Positions 47,571-55,120 of a DNA stretch of 64,000 bases are shown here, one piece after another. The notes beneath the pieces are model-generated. The model had not been told where the DNA came from and did no database searches. It saw nothing but the letters and a program-made list of their open reading frames with translations. The stretch's first letter is position 1, and each line of letters starts with the position of its first letter. Made by a program: the position numbers and the translations under genes. The stretch lies in the NCBI GenBank assembly GCA_023265395.1, contig JAHFTX010000001.1:65897-129896 (forward strand). Reading direction: 5' to 3'. This stretch comes from Thermoplasmata archaeon (lineage in GTDB: Archaea > Thermoplasmatota > DTKX01 > JAHFTX01).

Positions 47571-48926
47571 ATGGTCATGGACGACCTCGCAGAGCGGCTC
47601 CGCGGAGTGATGGACCGCATCCGGCGGGCCAAGGCCGTCGATGCGGACCTGATCAAGCAAGTCGTACGCGAGCTGCAATCTGCCCTCCTGCGCGCCGATG
47701 TCGATGCCAAGTTGACGCTGAAACTGACCAAGGCGATTGAGCAGCGCGCCTTGGAGGAATCTCCCAAGGGGGGCGACGATTCCCGCACCCATGTCCTGCG
47801 GATCATCGTCGAGGAGCTGACCGCAATCCTCGGCGAGGCCCGCCGCATCCCCATCAAGCGACAGCGTATCATGCTCGTGGGGCTCTATGGCCAAGGCAAG
47901 ACGACCTCCGCAGGCAAGATGGCGCGGTACTTCAAGAAGAGGGGACTCAAGGTCGGACTGATCGCCGCCGACATCCACCGGCCGGCGGCCGTCGATCAGC
48001 TCCGTACCCTCTCGCGGCAAGCTGACGTCGCATTCTATTGCGAACCAGGAGGGAGGGATGCGCCTGCGATCGTCTCCCGAGGCCTGGCGGAGCTCGGCGG
48101 CGTCGACGTCGTCATCATCGACACCGCGGGTCGGCACGACCTCGATGTGAGCCTGATCGAGGAGATGAAGGCAGTCGACCGAGTCGCCAACCCTGACGAG
48201 AAGCTCCTGGTGATGGACGCGACCTTGGGTCGAGCGGCGCAGAAGCAGGCGGCGGCCTTCCACGAGGCAATCGGGGTCACGGGGGTCATCATCACCAAGC
48301 TCGACGGCTCTGCAAAGGCCGGTGGCGCTCTCTCGGCAGTTCAGACTACACAGGCTGGAGTGGTCTTCATCGGCGTTGGGGAGCACATGGACGACCTCGA
48401 GGGGTTCGACCCACCAGCGTTCATCAGCCGGCTATTGGGAATGGGGGACCTCAGCGGCCTCGCCGAGCGCTTCGAAGGTGTCGTCAAGGAGGAGGATGCC
48501 GAGGCGATGGCCCGCCGCATTCTGCGGGGGAAGTTCACCCTCTACGACCTGCGCAGTCAGATGGACATGGTCAACAGTGCCGGGACCTTCAAGAAACTCG
48601 TCTCGTTCTTCCCGGGGATGGGGGGAGCGATGACCGATGCACAGCTGGATGCCACCGAGGACCAGATCCGCAAGTTCAGGATCATCATGAACTCAATGCA
48701 CTCCTCGGAGATGGAGGATCCAACGAGCATCAAGCACTCCAACATGCTGCGGATCGCGCAGGGCGCGGGCATGCGGCCCGAGGATGTCAAAGAGCTCCTG
48801 CGGTACCATCGGAAGGCCCGCAAGCAGATGCGCAGCTTCAGTGGGGACCGCGGGAAGATGCGCAAGCTCAAGCAGATGATGGAATCGGGTGTCGGCATGC
48901 CCCCGATGGGCCCCTTCGGGGCGTAA
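47571..48926 (+). CDS. srp54: Signal recognition particle protein SRP54
   Basis: 452 aa from ATG 47571 (MVMDDLAERL); NG domain GLYGQGKTTSAGK, DTAGR, then Met-rich M-domain (MMESGVGMPPMGPFG). Confidence 0.9.
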   Translation: MVMDDLAERLRGVMDRIRRAKAVDADLIKQVVRELQSALLRADVDAKLTLKLTKAIEQRALEESPKGGDDSRTHVLRIIVEELTAILGEARRIPIKRQRIMLVGLYGQGKTTSAGKMARYFKKRGLKVGLIAADIHRPAAVDQLRTLSRQADVAFYCEPGGRDAPAIVSRGLAELGGVDVVIIDTAGRHDLDVSLIEEMKAVDRVANPDEKLLVMDATLGRAAQKQAAAFHEAIGVTGVIITKLDGSAKAGGALSAVQTTQAGVVFIGVGEHMDDLEGFDPPAFISRLLGMGDLSGLAERFEGVVKEEDAEAMARRILRGKFTLYDLRSQMDMVNSAGTFKKLVSFFPGMGGAMTDAQLDATEDQIRKFRIIMNSMHSSEMEDPTSIKHSNMLRIAQGAGMRPEDVKELLRYHRKARKQMRSFSGDRGKMRKLKQMMESGVGMPPMGPFGA

Positions 48927-48934
48927 GGGAGCCC

Positions 48935-49243
48935 CTAGCGCCCAGGGGCCTTGGAACGGCGCGGCGTGCGCCTTCCACTGGGGCGCTTGCCTCCAGCAGT
49001 GGACGCAGCGGCTTGCGCCCTCGGCTTGGACTTCTGCCGGGCAGACGGGGGTGGTCGTCCAAGCGCCGCCCTTCGTTGGCGCCCACTGTCACTCTCGACG
49101 CGAATCAGGGTCGTCTGTCGTGACTCGAGGATTGGCAGTTCTTCGACCGCAGTTTCCCAGCTACAGACCGCGCGCTCATCGCCATCGAGGAACACCTCCG
49201 ACTCAGGATTATCGCGTTGGATGCTCTGGATGAGGTCCGTCAC
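48935..49243 (-). CDS. Hypothetical small acidic protein with basic C-terminal tail
   Basis: 102 aa; N-terminal 55 aa looks protein-like (MTDLIQSIQRDNPESEVFLDGDERAVCSWETAVEELPILESRQTTLIRVES), then an R/K/P-rich tail. No motif recognised; could be spurious. Confidence 0.3.
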   Translation of the reverse strand: MTDLIQSIQRDNPESEVFLDGDERAVCSWETAVEELPILESRQTTLIRVESDSGRQRRAALGRPPPSARQKSKPRAQAAASTAGGKRPSGRRTPRRSKAPGR

Positions 49244-49403
49244 GTCCTTGATGGTATGGTGCGGTTCGATTCGCAGCCAGACCTTCTTCTTTCGGAGGAT
49301 GAGGGTACCCCCTTTATCGGACCTGGGGCGGAACCGCCCCTGGGGCGGTAGGTCTGGTGCCTGGGGGCCTTAAAGGTGCGGTCCATCGAACACCCCCTCG
49401 TGG

Positions 49404-50672
49404 ATGACCGGGGTAGTTTTCGCGATGCGCGGCGAGCCCTTGGCCCTGCTCGGGAACACACAGGGCCTTGATATCCTCAGCATCGCTGTGCGACCTGAGC
49501 GATTCCCGATGGTAGCGTCCGACTCACCCCTTGCGGAGGGCACATTGCTCAGTGGGGCGCTCTGGTCGCTCGATGGGTTCATCGAGGGATGGATCGAAAT
49601 TGCTTCGGGCAAAGTCGGTGCAGTGGGCTTTGGCGTCCCCCCTCGCTCCCCAGACCACGAAGGATGGATCGTCCCTCCGTGGGTCGATGGGCACACCCAC
49701 CTAGGTGATCGGGGCCTGCGAGGCTCCCCTCAGGCCGAGCGAGCCGACCTCGCGACGCTCGTCGCACCACCCAACGGAGTGAAGCATCGCTACCTGACGA
49801 CCACACCACGATCCGACCTCGTCGAGCAGGCCGCGCGTTTTCTCTCAGAGTGTTGCGCGGGTGGTACGGGGTGGATCTGGGACTTCCGTGAATCCGCCCT
49901 CCAGGGACAACAGATCCTCTGGGACGCGCTCGCCGCAGGAGGGCAGGCACCCTACGTCCATGCCTACTACCGGCCAGAGGCTTTCGCAGGGACGTCGGAC
50001 TACGGCTCCTTGCCGACGGTCCCGGCAGCCGTGCGCTCGCGGACCGAGATCGCCGGCGTCCATCTGAGTTCGGTCAGCGATCACTCCCCTGAGGAGCTTG
50101 ATTCGTTCCGCCGTTGGGCAGCGCACCTGGGTGCGCCAGTCGCTCTGCATTTCTGCGAAGGGCACGCCGAGCCACTCTCGCAGCTCGAGATCCTCAGACC
50201 AGTCCGGGTCATCCATCTGACGCACGCAGATCGGGCATCCATCCGTGCTGTGCGGAGGCTGGGATCGACGGTGGTGTTGTGCGTTCGGTCGAACGCCCGG
50301 TTCGGGATTGCGCCAGACCTGCGCCCCATCCTCGAGGAGGGAATCCGCCCGATGCTGGGTACGGACAACGCCTTCCTCCATGAACCGGTGTTCGCCGAGG
50401 AGGTTGGAGCGTTCCTGCGGCTGGCTGCTCGACAAGGGCTCGACCCCCACCTAGCATGGCGAGCGATCGACGTCGGATGGAATGACCAGGTCAGAGCGGG
50501 GAGTTTGCCCTGGGAGGTCGGCGCTCCGGCCCAGGTGCAACTCTACCCCCAGTGGAGCGAGGATTTCGTCGATGACCTGCTCCAAGGGACTGGCCCTTCA
50601 CCCAAGCTGGGCCCCTTTCGCCCGCTTGTGGTCTCCGATGGCACCGCCACACCCGTGGTCTCCCCCACGTAG
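49404..50672 (+). CDS. Amidohydrolase-family metal-dependent hydrolase (chlorohydrolase/deaminase-like)
   Basis: 422 aa (or 387 aa from 49509); PPWVDGHTHLGD metal-binding HxH, downstream HxxE/H ligands (VALHFCEGH, HLTH), D in GTDN. Confidence 0.75.
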   Translation: MTGVVFAMRGEPLALLGNTQGLDILSIAVRPERFPMVASDSPLAEGTLLSGALWSLDGFIEGWIEIASGKVGAVGFGVPPRSPDHEGWIVPPWVDGHTHLGDRGLRGSPQAERADLATLVAPPNGVKHRYLTTTPRSDLVEQAARFLSECCAGGTGWIWDFRESALQGQQILWDALAAGGQAPYVHAYYRPEAFAGTSDYGSLPTVPAAVRSRTEIAGVHLSSVSDHSPEELDSFRRWAAHLGAPVALHFCEGHAEPLSQLEILRPVRVIHLTHADRASIRAVRRLGSTVVLCVRSNARFGIAPDLRPILEEGIRPMLGTDNAFLHEPVFAEEVGAFLRLAARQGLDPHLAWRAIDVGWNDQVRAGSLPWEVGAPAQVQLYPQWSEDFVDDLLQGTGPSPKLGPFRPLVVSDGTATPVVSPT

Positions 50673-50734
50673 CATCGGATCGGTGGCGCAGACCGAAAGG
50701 GCAAAGGGGCGCAGCCCGATGCCCACCAGTCTCC

Positions 50735-52513
50735 ATGGCCCATCCAATCGTCTCCCTGGCGAAGCGACGGGGGTTCTACTGGCCCGCCTTCGAGATCTAT
50801 CAGGGGGTGGGGGGACTCTATGACCTTGGGCCCCTTGGAGCGCGCCTGCAGCAGGAGTTGGTCGACCTGTGGCGCTCGACCTACGTCCTGCCGGAAGGAT
50901 TCCTGGAAGTCGACACGCCGACCCTTGGTCCGGAGGTGCTCTTCCGCGCCAGCGGCCATCTTGGGGAGTTTGCCGATTTGCTGGTCTGCTGCCGGTCCTG
51001 CCAAGAGCCTTTCCGTGCCGACCATCTCCTCGAGGGAGTGCATCCCAACCCCGAAGCTCTCCCCGCGCCAGAGGTCGATGGCCTGCTGGTGCAGCATAAA
51101 GTCCGCTGCCCACGTTGCGGCGCGAGTTCCTTCGATCCCGCTCGCCCCTTCAACCTGATGTTCCAATCCAACTTCGGCCCCATCCCCGGTAGATTCGCCT
51201 ATCTGCGGCCGGAGACGGCCCAGGGGATATTCGCCAACTTCCCGGCCCTCTACAGGCTCCACCGCAAGCGGCTTCCGTTCGGCGTCGCACAGGTCGGTCG
51301 CGCTTACCGCAATGAGATCAGCCCGCGGCAGGGGTTGTTGCGATTGCGCGAGTTTGGACAGATGGAGGTCGAGTATTTCCACGGTCCGACCCCTGCCGAC
51401 AAGGACCACCCACGCTTTGGTGAGATCGCCGCTGACCTCACCTCGCTGGTGCCGGCACCTGCTGCTGGCACCCCCGCAGCCCCCGTTGCTGTGACGTTCC
51501 AGCAGGCCGTGGATCGCCACATCGTCGCCCATCGGCTCATCGCCTACCACCTAGCGCGGGTCCAGCAATTCCTCCTCCGCGCGGGGATCCCCGCGGAGCG
51601 GTTGCGCTTCCGCCAGCACGAAGCAGACGAGATGGCCCACTACGCCCTTGACTGTTGGGATGCCGAAGTCCTGCTCGAGGCTGGCTGGGTCGAGGTGGTC
51701 GGCATCGCGGACCGCGGGTGCTTCGACCTCGAGCAGCACCAGAAGGCGAGTGGCATCTCGATGGAAGCCGAGCGCATCCTTGCTGAACCACGGGAGGAGG
51801 AGGTGACGGAGGTCATCCCCAACTTCGCGACCCTCGGGCCTTCATTCAAGGGCAAGGCGAAGGCCATCGGGGAGGCCCTGCGTTCCCTGGACCACGCGGT
51901 GCTCGCTGGACCAATCACGCTGACCCTCGAGGGTGGGGAGGAGGTCGTCATCCGCTCCGACCATTTTAGCCTCTCGACGCGGAAGGAACGTAGGACCGTC
52001 GAGCCCTTCCTCCCTCATGTCGTCGAACCTAGCTTCGGCCTCTCTCGCATCCTCTATTGCGTCCTCGAGACCTGCTATCAGGTCGAGGTATCCCCCTCGG
52101 AGTCTGATGCGGAGCAGGGAACCTCCGAGCCCGAGGATGGGGAGGGATCCGCTGCCGGGGGGTACGTCCGGTTACGCCTGCCACCGGTGATTGCCCCCAC
52201 GAAGGTGGGCGTCTTCCCGCTGATGGATCGTGACGGGTTGACGGAACTGGCGCTGCAAGCCGAACGTCGAGCAATCGCGGAGGGCCTGTCTGCCTTCGTC
52301 GACACCAGTCAATCGATCGGTCGACGCTACGCCCGCGCTGACGAAGTCGGCGTCCCATTCTGCATCACCATCGACTATCAGACCAAGGAGGATGGGACGG
52401 TCACGTTGCGTCACCGGGATACGCGCACCCAAGAACGCCACTCGATCGTCGATGCGCTCTTGGCCGTCGCCGCGGCGGTCCGGAAGCCTGTTTCATTCGG
52501 CAGAGGGACCTAA
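50735..52513 (+). CDS. glyS: Glycine--tRNA ligase (archaeal/eukaryotic-type class II)
   Basis: 592 aa; N-terminal RRGFYWPAFEIYQGVGGLYDLGPLG, class II motifs (FRNEISPRQGLLRLREF), C-terminal anticodon-binding domain. Confidence 0.9.
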   Translation: MAHPIVSLAKRRGFYWPAFEIYQGVGGLYDLGPLGARLQQELVDLWRSTYVLPEGFLEVDTPTLGPEVLFRASGHLGEFADLLVCCRSCQEPFRADHLLEGVHPNPEALPAPEVDGLLVQHKVRCPRCGASSFDPARPFNLMFQSNFGPIPGRFAYLRPETAQGIFANFPALYRLHRKRLPFGVAQVGRAYRNEISPRQGLLRLREFGQMEVEYFHGPTPADKDHPRFGEIAADLTSLVPAPAAGTPAAPVAVTFQQAVDRHIVAHRLIAYHLARVQQFLLRAGIPAERLRFRQHEADEMAHYALDCWDAEVLLEAGWVEVVGIADRGCFDLEQHQKASGISMEAERILAEPREEEVTEVIPNFATLGPSFKGKAKAIGEALRSLDHAVLAGPITLTLEGGEEVVIRSDHFSLSTRKERRTVEPFLPHVVEPSFGLSRILYCVLETCYQVEVSPSESDAEQGTSEPEDGEGSAAGGYVRLRLPPVIAPTKVGVFPLMDRDGLTELALQAERRAIAEGLSAFVDTSQSIGRRYARADEVGVPFCITIDYQTKEDGTVTLRHRDTRTQERHSIVDALLAVAAAVRKPVSFGRGT

Positions 52514-53691
52514 GCGTCCTCATCCTTGCGAGGCTTGCGCCGGCCGCGGCTGACGGGGTGCACCGATGGCTTGCGCGTGGTCGCTTTCTTTGCTGGACCA
52601 CCGGCATGCTTGCCACGGCTAGTGGCCCGGCCGCCCTTGGGGGCAGCGCTCCGTACCCGTGTCGTCGCATGGGCGACTTTGGTCTCGGCCACCTCGTGTG
52701 TCGGAGTTGCCCGGGTCCTGTGCGGCGTGCGATGCGCGTGTCGATCTGAATCTCGATGGCGCGGGAGGGGACGCGTGCGCCCCCTCAATGCGCGGTGATT
52801 GTCGTCCTCCTTGGCGGGGGTCCGTCTCGGTGGGCCACCGACGGGATGAGAGACGAGTGAATGGAGGTCGTCCTGCAACAGGAGGGTCTCGTCGGAGATC
52901 AGGATCCCCTCGGGGAGGGGCTGGTCGTAGACATATCCGAACCAGTAGATCACCAGGCCCGACCCGAACAAGGACAGGTAGGGTGCCAGTTGCTTGGTGA
53001 GGTTGCGGCGGATTTCCACGCGGTCACCGAAGTTGGCTTTGCTCTCGATCCAGTGAATCTCGAGGTTGTCGACCACCAGGGGTTCATGCAACAGGACATC
53101 GGGGGTCTTGGTGTGTTCGCCTCGCAGGTCATTCTCCGTAAGGTAGGAGATGCCATGGCGGTCGAGCCATTCGTTCAACCGTCCCTCCCCGACCTTCCCA
53201 CGAGCGTGCTGGATATCGGTCCCCTCGGGGGAGTAGATCAGGTCTTCTTCGAGCAGCTCCTCGACCTCCTTGCGGAGTCGGCGGTCCGGGATCGTGGCGG
53301 GGTCGCGGATGTATGCCCAGAAGCGTTTGCGCGGGACGCGGTCCTCCATCAGGAGCTGATAGGCGGTGAGAATCGGGGGGAAATCCACCCGCTGGGCGAT
53401 CTGCAGCAAGCTCTCCCCGCCCTTCCATGCTGTGACCAGCTGGCGGGCTTGGGATTTTACCTTGTAGAAGCGCTTGGTCGCAGCACGCGTCACCCGCTGG
53501 GTGTAGAGGATCAGGAGCATCTCCGGGTCGTACCCCGTCTCTGCGGAGATCCGTTCGATGGATCGCCAGTGGTCGATCCGCGATTGCAGGGCCTCGTACT
53601 CCGATTGCTGCAGCAAGGCGCGCCGATAGCGGCGTGCACTGGCGGGATGATGGTCAGCCTGTGCTGGAACCTTGACACGTGACCCGGGCAC
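52510..53691 (-). CDS. TPD-motif (CDIN1/C15orf41-like) predicted PD-(D/E)xK nuclease-fold protein with ~120-aa basic disordered C-terminal tail
   Basis: 393 aa; conserved T-P-D in HTKTPDVLLHEPLVVDNLEIHWIESKANFGD with D...E-S-K, matching the PD-(D/E)xK arrangement. Tail is R/K/H/T/P-rich. Stop overlaps the glyS stop (convergent, 4-nt overlap). Confidence 0.55.
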   Translation of the reverse strand: MPGSRVKVPAQADHHPASARRYRRALLQQSEYEALQSRIDHWRSIERISAETGYDPEMLLILYTQRVTRAATKRFYKVKSQARQLVTAWKGGESLLQIAQRVDFPPILTAYQLLMEDRVPRKRFWAYIRDPATIPDRRLRKEVEELLEEDLIYSPEGTDIQHARGKVGEGRLNEWLDRHGISYLTENDLRGEHTKTPDVLLHEPLVVDNLEIHWIESKANFGDRVEIRRNLTKQLAPYLSLFGSGLVIYWFGYVYDQPLPEGILISDETLLLQDDLHSLVSHPVGGPPRRTPAKEDDNHRALRGRTRPLPRHRDSDRHAHRTPHRTRATPTHEVAETKVAHATTRVRSAAPKGGRATSRGKHAGGPAKKATTRKPSVHPVSRGRRKPRKDEDA

Positions 53692-53704
53692 TCGCGCGCT
53701 CCTC

Positions 53705-54847
53705 CTAGATCTCCATCTCCATCGGTTCGAGTTCGATGTCCGACAGCTGGGCGCCTTCGAGGTCTAGGGGCTTGGCCTCGGGGCGGTACTCGATGTCGAA
53801 GTCGACTTCGGCTGCAGGGAAGCTGCGGGTGGGCTCGATGTAGAGCAACTCGAAGTCGAAGGAGAGCTCGGTCGCGTCCATCGCGATCGGTTCTCCGATG
53901 GTGAACTTGCGCAACCAGTAGGTGAATTCGCTTGGGAGGTGCTCGCGCAGCTGCTCGTAGGGAAGGATGTGCCCGACCTCCCACAGCGGATGCATGATCG
54001 GACGGTCGCGGATGAGCCGTAGCAGATCATCATCCATCTGCAAGAAGAGGAGCTTCCGTCGAATCTCTCCAAGCTCCTCCTTGCTGTAGGTGCGGGGGAA
54101 GTGGCGATTGCGACGGGCAGGCTTCCCCGAACCGAACAGGAAAGGGGTCCGGATGTCCCGCAGATGTTCGACCAGCTGCTGGGCGTGAGCCCGTTCCATG
54201 AGGTCGAAGGTCAAGAGGGTGGACGCGCCAGCGGGGAGCAGGCTGATCTCCTTGTGCGGATCGAGGCTGATGAAATCGAAGGGCAGCACCGCAGTGACCC
54301 GCAGGAACCGCAGGCTGTAGTCGAGGCGGTTGGTCAGCCGCATCGCGTACTCGGGTACACCCGCTCGGATCTGCAGGGTCGCCTCGACCTCGACATCACG
54401 CCCAAGGATCAGCCCCCCCCCCTCTCCAAGGCCCCACGCCGCGCGCTGCGGGATCAGCTGGAAGGAGACTGCCCCCCGCTCCCCGGGGTGCAAGGGTCCG
54501 ATCGCCTTCGAGATAGCGTCAGACCCAAAGTCTTCCCCGAGGACCTCCGGCCGGACGACGATCCGGCGGATGGCCTGGCGGTCCTGGTTGACCACAGCGA
54601 CGGTGTACCGTACGAATCCATCTCCCCAGACCATCGTGGCGGTGACAGCGACGTCCCAGCGACTAAGGGGGTACTCGGGGGTGATCTCGTCGAGAATGGA
54701 CTCTCCGAGGTCGCTCGATTGGGTCTCAGTCTGTGCGGGCATGGGAGCGGCTGCTGGCAAGGTCGCGGCGAGGAGGGATGCTCGTCGATGGAGAGGGGGC
54801 CATATCTGCCTTGTGGCCCCGGTCGCGGGTGGTCGCTCATCCCCCAC
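53705..54847 (-). CDS. Hypothetical protein
   Basis: 380 aa ORF with coherent composition and an acidic C-terminus. No motif recognised. Overlaps the upstream moaD-like gene by 11 nt. Confidence 0.45.
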   Translation of the reverse strand: MGDERPPATGATRQIWPPLHRRASLLAATLPAAAPMPAQTETQSSDLGESILDEITPEYPLSRWDVAVTATMVWGDGFVRYTVAVVNQDRQAIRRIVVRPEVLGEDFGSDAISKAIGPLHPGERGAVSFQLIPQRAAWGLGEGGGLILGRDVEVEATLQIRAGVPEYAMRLTNRLDYSLRFLRVTAVLPFDFISLDPHKEISLLPAGASTLLTFDLMERAHAQQLVEHLRDIRTPFLFGSGKPARRNRHFPRTYSKEELGEIRRKLLFLQMDDDLLRLIRDRPIMHPLWEVGHILPYEQLREHLPSEFTYWLRKFTIGEPIAMDATELSFDFELLYIEPTRSFPAAEVDFDIEYRPEAKPLDLEGAQLSDIELEPMEMEI

Positions 54848-55106
54848 TGACGGGGGGGAGGAGCGCCACCTCGTCGCCTTCGCAGATTGTCCCCTCTCCG
54901 TCTACGACCTGTCGATTCACTGCCAAGACTGCTTGGTTCCGGTACGGTCCGATGGCGGGGTTGCTGCGGCAGATCGCATCGAGGACGTCGCTGGCGGAAG
55001 CTGGGAGAATCAGACTCAAGACAAGGTGATCGCCGTTGCTGACCTCTCGAAAGAGGGCGAAGAGCTGCACTCTCAACGTCGATGGTCCTCGCCTGCTTGC
55101 TGGCAT
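54837..55106 (-). CDS. moaD: MoaD/ThiS-family small beta-grasp protein ending in Gly-Gly (molybdopterin synthase sulfur carrier or SAMP-type modifier)
   Basis: 89 aa; ...GEGTICEGDEVALLPPVSGG* is the typical MoaD C-terminus with terminal diglycine. Confidence 0.65.
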   Translation of the reverse strand: MPASRRGPSTLRVQLFALFREVSNGDHLVLSLILPASASDVLDAICRSNPAIGPYRNQAVLAVNRQVVDGEGTICEGDEVALLPPVSGG

Positions 55107-55120
55107 CCGACAAACCTCGA

